From the NCBI GenBank assembly GCA_964235605.1, contig CAXSCR010000003.1, forward strand, positions 112,275 to 176,274: a stretch of DNA of 64,000 nt. Direction: 5' to 3'. Position numbers and translations under genes: made by a program. The notes beneath the pieces are model-generated. The model ran no database searches. It saw only the letters and a list, made by a program, of their open reading frames with translations, and was not told the DNA's origin. Below, in pieces: positions 1 through 9,870 of the stretch; within the stretch, counting starts at the first letter, position 1; every line of letters begins with the position of its first letter. Source of the stretch: an uncultured Cyclobacteriaceae bacterium (GTDB taxonomy: Bacteria; Bacteroidota; Bacteroidia; Cytophagales; Cyclobacteriaceae).

Positions 1-1696
1 TTAAATATTTTCTATAAACCAAATTGTGCGCTGCGCCGATCTTTGTTTCCTCTGAAGCAGGTACACTATTATTTTTAATGTACATCACATACGCGATAAT
101 GATCATCACCAATGTGAGTGTTATCACAGTTCCCATCAACGCGTATTCTGTGGTATGATCAAGATGATGAACTTCAAGTAAGGCATTAGATCCGGCGAAT
201 ACAGGATTCAAGAATTCACCGATTTTATTTGAACCCATCAGTACTTCAGGGATTCCTACAAAGCCACCAACGATAGAAAGTGCGGCGAGTATAATTAATG
301 GTATGGTTATACTTTTTGGTGATTCATGTATGTGATGCATAACATCATGACTTGCCCGCTCTTTACCAAAGAAAGTAAGAAAGAACAATCGGAACATATA
401 AAAAGCAGTAAGCAAAGAAGCCAATAACGCGACGCCCCATACCAATGGATTTTCCGCGAAAGCGTGTGCTAAAATTTCATCTTTAGAAAAGAATCCTGCA
501 AAAGGAGGAATTCCAGATATGGCTAAGACACCAATTAAAAAGGTAAAGTAAGTTACAGGAAGATATTTTTTTAATCCACCCATCTTACGAAGATCTTGCT
601 CGCCTTGCAAGCCATGAATAACACTACCAGCGCATAAAAACAATAAAGCTTTGAAAAAAGCATGCGTCATCATATGAAAAATACCGCTTGAATAAGCGCC
701 AAGACCTAACGCTACGAACATTAATCCAAGTTGACTTACTGTTGAATAGGCTAATACTTTCTTTATATCATTTTGTGCCAGTGCTATGGTTGCTGCAAAG
801 AGTGCTGTTGCTAATCCGATAACTAACATAAGATGCATGCTGGCGGGCGACAGTGTGTACAAAATATTATTTCTGGCCACCATGTAAATACCTGCGGTAA
901 CCATGGTTGCAGCATGTATCAATGCAGATACTGGCGTTGGGCCTGCCATCGCATCGGGCAACCAAGTATAAAGTGGTATCTGCGCGCTTTTGCCCATAGC
1001 ACCTATAAATAAAAGAATAGTTATAAGGGTTAAGCTTTGAGATCCTACTTCAATAGATGTTGCCTTAGCAAAGACTTCTTGATATTCAATATTACCGAAT
1101 TGTACGAAAATTAAAATCACACCTAATATCAAGCCTAGGTCACCAATGCGGTTCATGATAAACGCCTTGTTCGCCGCATTCGTATAATCATGATTCTTAA
1201 ACCAGAAACCAATCAGTAAATACGAGCATAGGCCTACACCTTCCCAGCCTACAAACATGAGCAGGTAATTTGATCCCATCACCAACAACAGCATGAAGAA
1301 CACAAACAAATTCAGGTAGGAGAAAAATTTATTGAAGCCTTCATCGCCATGCATATACCCAACAGCGTAAACATGGATTAAAAAACCAACACCAGTTATA
1401 ATGAGTAAGAATAAAGATGAAAGTGAATCAATCAGAAAAGAGATATCAGCATTAAATCCACCCGCGCTAATCCAATTGAATAGTGTTATCTTAAGTGATA
1501 GCGCATGGCCGTGGGTACTTTGACCATACAAGTCTATGAATATTAAAACTGAAACCAGAAATGATATAAGAACCGCACCACAAGCAATGGTAGACGCGAC
1601 AACATGCGATAGTCGTTTTACATTTAACGCAATAATTAAAAAGCCAAGCAAAGGTAATAGTGGAACGAGGCTTGTTAGTAGATTTAAGCTTACCAT
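1..1696 (-). CDS. nuoL: NADH-quinone oxidoreductase subunit L (C-terminus runs off the window start)
   Basis: Own minus-strand translation from ATG 1696-1694 gives [19 protein letters not shown]...[11 protein letters not shown]...[33 protein letters not shown] and stays open to position 2. The ATG overlaps the nuoK stop (ATGGTAA). It follows nuoK in operon order. Confidence 0.9.
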   Translation of the reverse strand, partial: MVSLNLLTSLVPLLPLLGFLIIALNVKRLSHVVASTIACGAVLISFLVSVLIFIDLYGQSTHGHALSLKITLFNWISAGGFNADISFLIDSLSSLFLLIITGVGFLIHVYAVGYMHGDEGFNKFFSYLNLFVFFMLLLVMGSNYLLMFVGWEGVGLCSYLLIGFWFKNHDYTNAANKAFIMNRIGDLGLILGVILIFVQFGNIEYQEVFAKATSIEVGSQSLTLITILLFIGAMGKSAQIPLYTWLPDAMAGPTPVSALIHAATMVTAGIYMVARNNILYTLSPASMHLMLVIGLATALFAATIALAQNDIKKVLAYSTVSQLGLMFVALGLGAYSSGIFHMMTHAFFKALLFLCAGSVIHGLQGEQDLRKMGGLKKYLPVTYFTFLIGVLAISGIPPFAGFFSKDEILAHAFAENPLVWGVALLASLLTAFYMFRLFFLTFFGKERASHDVMHHIHESPKSITIPLIILAALSIVGGFVGIPEVLMGSNKIGEFLNPVFAGSNALLEVHHLDHTTEYALMGTVITLTLVMIIIAYVMYIKNNSVPASEETKIGAAHNLVYRKYL

Positions 1697-2007
1697 TTTA
1701 ATCGGTTCAAAATATTAATATCGGTGGTCTTTGTGTTTCTGTACATCATGATGAGTATAGCAAGTCCTACAGCAACTTCAGCAGCAGCTACCGCCATGAT
1801 GAAGAATACAAACACCTGGCCTGATGCATCACTATAATAATTAGAGAAAGCAACTAAAAGAAGATTGACTGCATTGAGCATTAACTCAATGCACATAAAA
1901 ATAATAATGGCATTACGGCGATATAATACACCGAGAACGCCAATGGTAAATAATGCGGCACTTAACCACACATAGTAATCTAACGGTACACCTTGTGCTG
2001 TTTTCAT
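1690..2007 (-). CDS. nuoK: NADH-quinone oxidoreductase subunit K
   Basis: 105-aa protein with three TM segments in the nuoJ-nuoK-nuoL position. It abuts the nuoJ stop. Confidence 0.9.
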   Translation of the reverse strand: MKTAQGVPLDYYVWLSAALFTIGVLGVLYRRNAIIIFMCIELMLNAVNLLLVAFSNYYSDASGQVFVFFIMAVAAAEVAVGLAILIMMYRNTKTTDINILNRLKW

Positions 2008-2514
2008 TTATATAGCGCTTTGATTTTTTTCTGGCTTACCTAACATTACAGCACCCACCATTGCGGCTAGCAACAGAATGGATGATATCTCGAATGGCAA
2101 TAAGAATTCTTTGAATAAAACTCTCCCTAAAGTTTTTACATCACCTACTTGTGTGGTTGTTGCTGGTCCAATAAGTTGCTCTGTGCCCTTTAATGATGCT
2201 ATTAACACGAGCATCAATAAGCCTGCAGAAATAGTAGCAGCGAATTTTAACAGATTACTTTTATGTGGTTCGTCTTCATGATTAAGATTCAACATCATGA
2301 TAACATATAGAAAGAGTACCATAATAGCACCCGCGTATACTATGACGTGGACAACAGCTAAGAATTGAGCATTAAGCAATACATAGTGCCCAGCTATGGC
2401 AAAGAATGTAAGAATAAGATAAAGTACACTGTGTACCGGATTCTTAGAGAACACAACCAGCAAGGCACATAGCACTCCAAGGAATGAAAGAAGATAAAAC
2501 AGATTGAGCGTCAC
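2008..2514 (-). CDS. nuoJ: NADH-quinone oxidoreductase subunit J (GTG start)
   Basis: 168-aa hydrophobic protein between nuoI and nuoK. The start codon is GTG at 2514-2512. Confidence 0.85.
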   Translation of the reverse strand: MTLNLFYLLSFLGVLCALLVVFSKNPVHSVLYLILTFFAIAGHYVLLNAQFLAVVHVIVYAGAIMVLFLYVIMMLNLNHEDEPHKSNLLKFAATISAGLLMLVLIASLKGTEQLIGPATTTQVGDVKTLGRVLFKEFLLPFEISSILLLAAMVGAVMLGKPEKNQSAI

Positions 2515-2526
2515 TTGATGTTCGAA

Positions 2527-3090
2527 TTATTTGTTATGACTTAATTGCTTTTGTTTTTTGAATTCTAATACCTCAGGTGTTTGGCGTTTCGTCACATCAA
2601 TTCGTTCATCCACTTTCTCTACCAATTTATCCTTACCGTAAATAAAATCTTGTCTTGCGTAATCCGTTGTTACCATGCGGTCTGTAAGAAATATGGCTTC
2701 TTTTGGACAAGCCTCCTCACATAACCCACAGAAAATACAACGCAACATATTGATCTCATACGTTGATGCATATTTTTCTTCTCGGTATAAATTTTCTTCA
2801 CCCTTTTGACGTTCTGCGGCAGTCATTGTAATAGCTTCTGCCGGACAAGAAACTGCACAAAGACCACAGGCCGTACAACGCTCTGCACCCTTTTCATCAC
2901 GCTTCAATACATGCTGACCTCTCCATATCTCACTAAACTCACGCGTCTTTTCAGGGTAGCGTACCGTGGCACTTTTCTTAAATAAATGTTTTATAGTTAT
3001 AGCAATGCCGGCAAGGACTGCAGGAAGATATATTCTTTCCCAGAAGTTCATCTCCTTGTCAACCACTACTTTCGATCTCTTTGTTAGCAT
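2527..3090 (-). CDS. nuoI: NADH-quinone oxidoreductase subunit I (2x 4Fe-4S ferredoxin)
   Basis: Two CxxCxxCxxxCP motifs are present: CTACGLCAVSCP and CIFCGLCEEACP. Confidence 0.95.
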   Translation of the reverse strand: MLTKRSKVVVDKEMNFWERIYLPAVLAGIAITIKHLFKKSATVRYPEKTREFSEIWRGQHVLKRDEKGAERCTACGLCAVSCPAEAITMTAAERQKGEENLYREEKYASTYEINMLRCIFCGLCEEACPKEAIFLTDRMVTTDYARQDFIYGKDKLVEKVDERIDVTKRQTPEVLEFKKQKQLSHNK

Positions 3091-3100
3091 TCTTTTCTTA

Positions 3101-3293
3101 GTTAATAGTTAATAGTTATCAGTTAATGGACCGATATCTACTTATATATTTGATAATTCCTTTATATCTAATGCTCAAACTCAATCATTCAATTCTCAAT
3201 CATTTTTGTAGTTCAGTACTTTTATTCTGTCATGCACTATTATTCACCCTTACTCAAACCACTATTAACTGATAACTTGTAACTATTAACTAT
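3101..3293. repeat. Heptad inverted-repeat element, nuoI|nuoH junction
   Basis: Left arm 3101-3127 is GTTAATAGTTAATAGTTATCAGTTAAT. Right arm 3261-3293 is ACTATTAACTGATAACTTGTAACTATTAACTAT, largely its reverse complement. The spacer is about 133 nt. The right arm contains the nuoH stop codon (3286-3288). Confidence 0.9.
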
Positions 3294-4326
3294 TTAAAGC
3301 AAGCACAAGTCCCGTAATTAATACATTCAATATGGACAATGGCAACAAGCCTTTCCAACCTAAATTCATCAGCTGGTCATAGCGGAAACGCGGGATAGTC
3401 CAGCGAACCCACATGAAGAAGAAGATGAAGAAGAATATCTTTGCAAAAAAGGCAAGGGATCCTAGTATGGTTAAAGTATTATGATCCAGTCCGAGATCAT
3501 TCATGAATGGGAAGTTATATCCGCCAAAATAAAGCGTAGCTATAACTGCTGATGAGATGAACATGTTGATGTATTCCGCAAACAGATAGAAACCAAGTTT
3601 CATACTGCTATATTCGGTATGATAGCCACCAATCAATTCGGTTTCGCACTCTGCAAGATCAAATGGTGTTCTGTTACATTCTGCGAATGCAGACACCAAA
3701 AATATTATAAAGCCGAGGGGCTGATACACTACATTCCAAAAATTCCAATCAGCACCGGCACCACCAGCCTGGCCTGCGCTTATCTCAGCTAAACTTAAAG
3801 TACCTGTCATCATTACAAAAGCGATAATGGAAAGGCCCATACCAATTTCATAACTGATCATTTGCGCTGAAGCACGAATGGCGCCCAATAATGAGAACTT
3901 GTTGTTCGAAGCCCAACCCCCTATCATAATACCATATACACCAATTGATACAACACCGAAGATATAAAGTATACCAATGTTAATATCCGTTATTTGTAAA
4001 TCGTACTCCGTATCTCCAATAACAATTGAGTTACCCCATGGAATAACTACACCAGTCATTAAAGCGGTAAGCATGGCGATGCAAGGGCCAGCAACAAAGA
4101 GAAACTTATTTGAAACATTGGGTATAATCTCTTCCTTCATGAAGAACTTTACACCATCAGCCAGTGGTTGAAGAATACCAAATGGGCCTGCACGATTTGG
4201 TCCTACCCTATCTTGTAGGAAGGCTGCCACTTTACGTTCTGCGTAAGTAGAATACATGGCAATAACCAACGTGATTACAAACACGGCCAGCACCAGAATA
4301 CTCTTATATATTAAAAAGTCAATCAT
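3286..4326 (-). CDS. nuoH: NADH-quinone oxidoreductase subunit H
   Basis: 346-aa polytopic protein with the NuoH/ND1 signature PFDLAECETELIGGYHTEYS. Confidence 0.95.
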   Translation of the reverse strand: MIDFLIYKSILVLAVFVITLVIAMYSTYAERKVAAFLQDRVGPNRAGPFGILQPLADGVKFFMKEEIIPNVSNKFLFVAGPCIAMLTALMTGVVIPWGNSIVIGDTEYDLQITDINIGILYIFGVVSIGVYGIMIGGWASNNKFSLLGAIRASAQMISYEIGMGLSIIAFVMMTGTLSLAEISAGQAGGAGADWNFWNVVYQPLGFIIFLVSAFAECNRTPFDLAECETELIGGYHTEYSSMKLGFYLFAEYINMFISSAVIATLYFGGYNFPFMNDLGLDHNTLTILGSLAFFAKIFFFIFFFMWVRWTIPRFRYDQLMNLGWKGLLPLSILNVLITGLVLALNS

Positions 4327-4329
4327 GTT

Positions 4330-5331
4330 TTAATTTGAAGGATTATGTTCAGGCAATTGTTTTCCTCGTTGATACTCGAGTTGTCTATCGATTTCAAGTT
4401 TTAATTTTTGAAGGTCGATCTTCTCATAATGATTCTGCGAAATAACAGAATTACGATCTATGTGACGTGGGCCTTCCACAGTCCAGTCGCTCATGTTTTT
4501 ATGATCGTAGCGACACGCGTTACATATAAATTCTTTCACTTCACTGTACTGATCTTTGCGAGCAGTTACACGAAGTACATCTTCACCTTTAGTCCAGAGC
4601 ACCACCTTACCACAGCACTTGTCACAGTTACGGTGGGCATCTAATGGCTTCGTGAACCACACGCGTGATTTAAATCTAAAAGTCTTATCAGTTAACGCCC
4701 CTACAGGACAAACATCAATCATGTTTCCAGAGAATTCATTTTCAACTGCTTTCTCAATATAGGTACTGATCTCTGACTTATCTCCCCTATTTAAAATACC
4801 ATGCACACGATTATCGGTAAGTTGATCGGCAACATAGGTACAACGGTAGCATAAAATGCAACGCGTCATGTGAAGTTTGATCTTATCACCAATATCTATT
4901 CTATCAAAAGTTCTTCTCTCCTCTTCGTAGCGTGTTTTAGCAGCGCCATGTTCGTAAGCCAGGTTTTGTAAATCACACTCACCAGCCTGATCGCACACCG
5001 GGCAATCAAGCGGGTGGTTTATCAATAAAAATTCTACCACACCTTTGCGGGCTTCCAACACTTCAGGTGAAATAAGGTTCTGCACCACCATTCCATCCAT
5101 AATAGGTGTACGGCAAGAGGCTACCAGCTTAGGCATAGGACGCGGATCTTTAGCAGATCCCTGCGTTACTTTAACAAGGCACACCCTACACTTACCACCA
5201 CTGTCCTTCAGGCTCGTGTAATAACACATAGCCGGAGGCACTGACGCGCCACCAATTTGCCGTGCAGCATTAAGGATACTTGTTCCATCCGGAACCTCTA
5301 CCTCTATGCCATCTATTGTTACTTTTGCCAT
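4330..5331 (-). CDS. nuoG: NADH-quinone oxidoreductase subunit G, short form (Fe-S N-terminal part only)
   Basis: Contains a 2Fe-2S motif (CYYTSLKDSGGKCRVC) and HPLDCPVCDQAGECDLQ. At 333 aa it lacks the molybdopterin-like C-terminal domain. Confidence 0.9.
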   Translation of the reverse strand: MAKVTIDGIEVEVPDGTSILNAARQIGGASVPPAMCYYTSLKDSGGKCRVCLVKVTQGSAKDPRPMPKLVASCRTPIMDGMVVQNLISPEVLEARKGVVEFLLINHPLDCPVCDQAGECDLQNLAYEHGAAKTRYEEERRTFDRIDIGDKIKLHMTRCILCYRCTYVADQLTDNRVHGILNRGDKSEISTYIEKAVENEFSGNMIDVCPVGALTDKTFRFKSRVWFTKPLDAHRNCDKCCGKVVLWTKGEDVLRVTARKDQYSEVKEFICNACRYDHKNMSDWTVEGPRHIDRNSVISQNHYEKIDLQKLKLEIDRQLEYQRGKQLPEHNPSN

Positions 5332-5337
5332 CGCTTT

Positions 5338-5370
5338 GTTAATAGTTAATAGTTATCAGTTAATAGTTAT
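5338..5370. repeat. Heptad repeat arm between nuoG start and the four-helix-bundle ORF stop
   Basis: Sequence is GTTAATAGTTAATAGTTATCAGTTAATAGTTAT. It supplies the TAA stop (5367-5369) of the 138-aa ORF and ends 6 nt from the nuoG ATG. Confidence 0.9.
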
Positions 5371-5783
5371 GGGCTAATCGGAATATCACCGTAATCTATT
5401 ACTGGTTCGTACACTTTATTCTGTGCCTTTGCTTTGGATAGATAATTAATAAATCCATTTAACAATGCTAAGCACTCTACAATCTCTTTTTTATAAATAT
5501 TCAGTTCGTCTTCTGAAATGTACTTTTCTTCTTTGGCGACAATTAGGTGATCAATAATTTCATACAATGATGCCCTGCTTTGTCTGCAATATTGAACATA
5601 CTCTTGATAATGATACCTCCCAAATCCTTCAGCTATGTTCGCTGTAACCGATCTTGAAGCCCTCGTTATCTGATCTACCAACCGAAACTTCTCTTCTAAT
5701 GGCAGCCGCTTTGTTAACGCGGAAAGTTTCATTCTCAAAGCTGCTGCTTTTTTCCAACAGTTAAGATCCTCGAAACTCTTCAT
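5367..5783 (-). CDS. Four-helix-bundle protein (23S rRNA intervening-sequence protein family, TIGR02436-like)
   Basis: Family-typical sequence: FEDLNCWKKA...QITRASRSVTANIAEGFGRYHYQEYVQYCRQSRASLYEIIDHL. It is inserted between nuoF and nuoG on the same strand. Confidence 0.85.
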   Translation of the reverse strand: MKSFEDLNCWKKAAALRMKLSALTKRLPLEEKFRLVDQITRASRSVTANIAEGFGRYHYQEYVQYCRQSRASLYEIIDHLIVAKEEKYISEDELNIYKKEIVECLALLNGFINYLSKAKAQNKVYEPVIDYGDIPISP

Positions 5784-5786
5784 TTA

Positions 5787-5969
5787 GTTAATGGTTAATG
5801 GTTAATGGTTATATGTTAATTGTGGTTACTAATATTTCTACTTGGTTTTAATCTATTTCAAGCAGGCTTAAATCTTTCTTCAATCTCATAAAGTTATGTC
5901 AGCAAAGTTTAACTATTAACTATTAACTATTAACTATTAACTATTAACTATTAACTATTAACTATTAAC
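5787..5969. repeat. Heptad inverted-repeat element, 4HB-ORF|nuoF junction, including 8.7 perfect tandem TTAACTA units
   Basis: Left arm 5787-5822 is (GTTAATG)n-like: GTTAATGGTTAATGGTTAATGGTTATATGTTAATTG. Right arm 5909-5969 is 8 full TTAACTA units plus TTAAC. The nuoF stop (5958-5960) lies inside the array. Confidence 0.95.
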
Positions 5970-7319
5970 AGTAACCAACTTCCCCGATCTAAACGGCTCC
6001 AAATGAAAGTGCTTCGGATCCATCACTTTCTCCGGGTACTTTACGTGGTATTCAAACTCTTCTCTGAAGTGACGGATTGCGCTGGCTACGGGCCAGGCTG
6101 CTGCATCACCTAGCGGACAGATTGTGTTGCCTTCAATTTTCTTGGCAACGTCTACCAGTAAATCAATATCACCCATGTGCCCGTGGCCATGCTCAAGACG
6201 ATGAAGTACTTTCTCCATCCAGCCTGTGCCTTCACGACACGGACTGCATTGACCACAAGATTCATGGTGATAGAAGCGTGAGAAGTTCCAGAGGTTACGA
6301 ACGATGCAAGCGCGTTCATCGTAAGCGATGAATCCACCTGAACCTAACATTGAACCACTTACAAAACCGCCTTCAGAGAGTGACTCGTAAGACATCAACC
6401 TCTTTTCTCCGGTAGCGGTTTTTAAAATTAAATCAGCAGGTAGAATTGGAACGGAAGAACCTCCAGGCACACATGCCTTTAGTTTACCACCATTCTGAAT
6501 ACCACCACACCATTCATCTGAATAAATAAATTCTTCTACAGACAAGCCAAGTTCAATTTCATAAACGCCAGGCTTGTTAATATTTCCACCCGCTGAAATC
6601 AGCTTCGTTCCAGTACTTCTTCCTATACCGATTTTCGCATATTCATCACCACCCATGTTTAGGATTGGAACAACAGCAGCAATCGTCTCTACATTATTTA
6701 CAACAGTTGGACTAGAATATAAACCTGCAATAGCGGGGAACGGTGGCTTCAATCTTGGAAGTCCACGTTTGCCTTCTAAAGATTCGAGTAAAGCAGTTTC
6801 CTCACCGCAGATGTAAGCACCAGCGCCTGGATGTACATACAGGTCTAATGAATACTCTGTACCTAAAATATTTTTACCAAGAAAACCAGCAGCGTAAGCT
6901 TCTTCAATTGCTTTTTCAAGAATGCGTACAATGTACATGTACTCACCACGAATGTATATGTATGATGCCTTGGCACCCAATGCAAAACTAGAAGTGATCA
7001 TGCCCTCAATCAAAAGGTGAGGGAGTTTTTCCATTAGGTAACGGTCTTTAAAAGTTCCAGGCTCACTCTCGTCTGCGTTGCAAACCAGATAACGTGGTTT
7101 CTCTGATTTACGATCGAGAAAACTCCATTTCATCCCAGCAGGAAAACCCGCTCCTCCTCTACCACGCAACCCAGACTTTTTCACTTCTTCCATAACAGAA
7201 TCAGGTGACATAGTCTTGAGCGCTTTTTCAACTGAAGCATAACCTCCCTTTTTCCGATAAACCTCGAAGGTCTGGATGCCAGGAACGTTAATGTGCTCGA
7301 GTAATAATTGTCTCCCCAT
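5958..7319 (-). CDS. nuoF: NADH-quinone oxidoreductase subunit F
   Basis: Contains GLRGRGGAGFPAGMKW (FMN/NADH site) and ESCGQCSPCREG (4Fe-4S). Confidence 0.95.
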   Translation of the reverse strand: MGRQLLLEHINVPGIQTFEVYRKKGGYASVEKALKTMSPDSVMEEVKKSGLRGRGGAGFPAGMKWSFLDRKSEKPRYLVCNADESEPGTFKDRYLMEKLPHLLIEGMITSSFALGAKASYIYIRGEYMYIVRILEKAIEEAYAAGFLGKNILGTEYSLDLYVHPGAGAYICGEETALLESLEGKRGLPRLKPPFPAIAGLYSSPTVVNNVETIAAVVPILNMGGDEYAKIGIGRSTGTKLISAGGNINKPGVYEIELGLSVEEFIYSDEWCGGIQNGGKLKACVPGGSSVPILPADLILKTATGEKRLMSYESLSEGGFVSGSMLGSGGFIAYDERACIVRNLWNFSRFYHHESCGQCSPCREGTGWMEKVLHRLEHGHGHMGDIDLLVDVAKKIEGNTICPLGDAAAWPVASAIRHFREEFEYHVKYPEKVMDPKHFHLEPFRSGKLVTVNS

Positions 7320-7324
7320 GGTTC

Positions 7325-7434
7325 GTTAATAGTTATCCGTTAATAGTTAATAGTTAATTGTTAATTGTTATACGTTAATTGTGTCATATCTTCTTCTTCC
7401 GCTCACTATTAACAATTAACCATTAACATCTAAC
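7325..7434. repeat. Heptad inverted-repeat element, nuoF|nuoE junction
   Basis: Left arm 7325-7380 is GTTAATAGTTATCCGTTAATAGTTAATAGTTAATTGTTAATTGTTATACGTTAATT. Right arm 7406-7434 is CTATTAACAATTAACCATTAACATCTAAC. The spacer is short, about 25 nt. The nuoE stop (7416-7418) lies inside the right arm. Confidence 0.9.
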
Positions 7435-7958
7435 TGAATATTCTCTCTCATATATGATGATCTTTTATCCGCTGCTCCCAACTTATCAATCAATGTGTCA
7501 ACTTTCTCTGGTGTTAAATTTTCATAGTAGTTAGCGCCACATTGTAACATGGGTGCAGTGCCACATGAGCCTAGACATTCAACTGTTTTCAAAGTGAACA
7601 TACCATCAGCAGAAGTCTCACCATCTTTAATGTTCAAGCGTTTTTCTATATGTTCAACAATATCTTCAGCGCCGCGTAACCAACATGGCGACGTACGGCA
7701 AACCTCGATCAAACACTTGCCTACAGGCTTTAGATTATACATTGAATAGAAACTTGCTACTTCATAAACCTCAATCGGCTTTATGTTTAGCAAAGAAGCT
7801 ACATAATCCATTGTTGCTGGACTCAACCATCCATCAAATTCAGACTGCGCCACATGTAACAAAGGCAACAATGCAGACTTTTCTTTTCCTACCGGATAGC
7901 GCGCGATAATTTTCTTTGCCAGGGTTAATGTTTCATCTCTGAATTTTACCACTTCCAT
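7416..7958 (-). CDS. nuoE: NADH-quinone oxidoreductase subunit E
   Basis: Thioredoxin-like 2Fe-2S motifs: CRTSPC...CLGSCGTAP. Confidence 0.95.
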   Translation of the reverse strand: MEVVKFRDETLTLAKKIIARYPVGKEKSALLPLLHVAQSEFDGWLSPATMDYVASLLNIKPIEVYEVASFYSMYNLKPVGKCLIEVCRTSPCWLRGAEDIVEHIEKRLNIKDGETSADGMFTLKTVECLGSCGTAPMLQCGANYYENLTPEKVDTLIDKLGAADKRSSYMRENIQLDVNG

Positions 7959-7964
7959 TCCTTT

Positions 7965-8132
7965 ATCAGTTATCAGTTATCAGTTAATAGTTAATAGTTA
8001 ATAGTTATCGTCTAACCTTAAATGCTTCACCTTAGCTTTTCTATTTATACTACTATCCCTATTCTAAATCTTTGCTACACTTATTCACTAACCCTATCCC
8101 ACAATTAACAATTAACTATTAACTATTAACTA
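7965..8132. repeat. Heptad inverted-repeat element, nuoE|nuoD junction
   Basis: Left arm 7965-8010 is (TATCAGT)3(TAATAGT)3. Right arm 8101-8132 is ACAATTAACAATTAACTATTAACTATTAACTA. The spacer is about 90 nt. Confidence 0.9.
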
Positions 8133-8134
8133 CC

Positions 8135-9352
8135 CTAAGCATCAAGCTCCCCTGCAATCACATTCATACTACTCATCGTCAGAATCGCATCTGACAACAT
8201 TGAGCCTTTAATCATTTCAGGATATGCTTGGTAATAAATAAAGCATGGTCTTCTGAAATGCAAACGGAATGGTGCTCTTCCTCCATCGCTGATTAAATAA
8301 AATCCAAGCTCACCATTACCACCTTCAACCGCGTGATATACTTCACCTTTTGGAACATCGGTTTCGCCCATAACAATTTTAAAGTGATAGATGAGTGCTT
8401 CCATATTATTGTAAACATCTTCTTTCGGAGGGAGATAAAATTCTGGAACTGAGGCATGGAACGGACCTTCAGGAAGTTTCGCTATGGCTTGTTTAATAAT
8501 ACTCAAACTCTGCCACATTTCTTCTTGACGTACCATGAAGCGATCATACACATCGCCATTAGTGCCTACCGGGATAATGAAATCAAAATCTTCATACGAT
8601 GAATATGGATTCATAACCCGTACGTCGTAATCAACACCTGCTGCCCTGAGGTTCGGGCCTGAAAAGCTATAACTAAGTGCCATCTCGGGTGTAATGCCGC
8701 CTACACCAATGGTTCTATCCATGAAAATCCGGTTGCGTTTCAACAGGTTCTCAAATTCTCTTAACACTTTAGGAAAATTATCCAGGAAGTCGTTAATCTT
8801 CTTCCACGCTTTTGGTGTGAAGTCGCGTTCAAAACCACCGATTCTACCGAGGTTGGTTGTTAAACGTGCACCACAAATTTCTTCGTAGATCTCATATACA
8901 AGTTCACGTTGCTGGAACAAATAAACAAACCCAGTAAGTGCGCCGGTATCAACACCAATTACTGCATTACAAACCAAGTGATCAGTGATACGCGCCAACT
9001 CCATAACGATAACACGTAAATATTGTACGCGCTTCGGAATTTCGACACCTATTAATTTTTCGACTGTCATGTGCCAGCCAATGTTATTGATTGGTGAGGA
9101 GCAGTAATTCATTCTATCTGTTAGCGGCGTAATCTGATAGAAAGGCCTGCGCTCTGCAAGTTTTTCGAAAGCACGGTGTATGTATCCGATAGTTGGTTCA
9201 GCCTCCACGATAATCTCGCCATCCATCTTCAGAACGTTCTGAAAAATACCATGGGTTGCAGGGTGTGTTGGCCCCAGGTTGAGATAGGAGTATTCCTTCT
9301 CTGCGGGTGTTACCGTTCCATTCGTGCTAATATTTTTACCTATATCCTCCAT
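8135..9352 (-). CDS. nuoD: NADH-quinone oxidoreductase subunit D
   Basis: 405 aa with an N-terminal [11 protein letters not shown] motif, in the position between nuoC and nuoE. Confidence 0.95.
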   Translation of the reverse strand: MEDIGKNISTNGTVTPAEKEYSYLNLGPTHPATHGIFQNVLKMDGEIIVEAEPTIGYIHRAFEKLAERRPFYQITPLTDRMNYCSSPINNIGWHMTVEKLIGVEIPKRVQYLRVIVMELARITDHLVCNAVIGVDTGALTGFVYLFQQRELVYEIYEEICGARLTTNLGRIGGFERDFTPKAWKKINDFLDNFPKVLREFENLLKRNRIFMDRTIGVGGITPEMALSYSFSGPNLRAAGVDYDVRVMNPYSSYEDFDFIIPVGTNGDVYDRFMVRQEEMWQSLSIIKQAIAKLPEGPFHASVPEFYLPPKEDVYNNMEALIYHFKIVMGETDVPKGEVYHAVEGGNGELGFYLISDGGRAPFRLHFRRPCFIYYQAYPEMIKGSMLSDAILTMSSMNVIAGELDA

Positions 9353-9354
9353 GA

Positions 9355-9870
9355 TTATCTTCCAAACATTGCGTTGTCTTTATCTTCACGAGTTTGATCT
9401 TCCAATGGGTATTCTTTACGCATTGGGAATATTATCATCTCATCTACATTCAGAATCCGCTTCAAGTTAGGGTGACCTATGAAATTAACGCCGAAGAAAT
9501 CATAGGTTTCACGTTCTAACCAATTTGCTGCAGGAAATACCGTAGTTAATGTCGGTGTTACCAGATTCTCCATGGGCAAATATATCTTGAGTCTTATTTG
9601 CTGATTAGCTACCAGGTTATGAAGCTGATACATCACGGCTATCTGATTCAGATCAGGATAATGAATTCCGCAAAGTGTTGTAAGGTATTGAAACTGTGCC
9701 GTAGGATGATTGTATAGATACCGAATGATGTCTACAACCTTTTCCTTTTTTAACGTGATCGTTAAAAAGTTATAGGGTGTTTCAATAAGAAGTACCTGAT
9801 CTTCGTACTTCTCTTTAAGAATTGTTATAATATTATCGTGTTCTGTTACTTCGGGCTTATTCGATTCCAT
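9355..9870 (-). CDS. nuoC: NADH-quinone oxidoreductase subunit C
   Basis: Contains the ERETYDFFG motif. It overlaps nuoB by 14 nt. Confidence 0.9.
   Translation of the reverse strand: MESNKPEVTEHDNIITILKEKYEDQVLLIETPYNFLTITLKKEKVVDIIRYLYNHPTAQFQYLTTLCGIHYPDLNQIAVMYQLHNLVANQQIRLKIYLPMENLVTPTLTTVFPAANWLERETYDFFGVNFIGHPNLKRILNVDEMIIFPMRKEYPLEDQTREDKDNAMFGR

Noticed and set aside
5367-5783. The four-helix-bundle ORF as the Avd component of a diversity-generating retroelement.
   Set aside because: There is no reverse transcriptase and no template/variable repeat pair with adenine-specific differences anywhere in the window. The context is the interior of the nuo operon.
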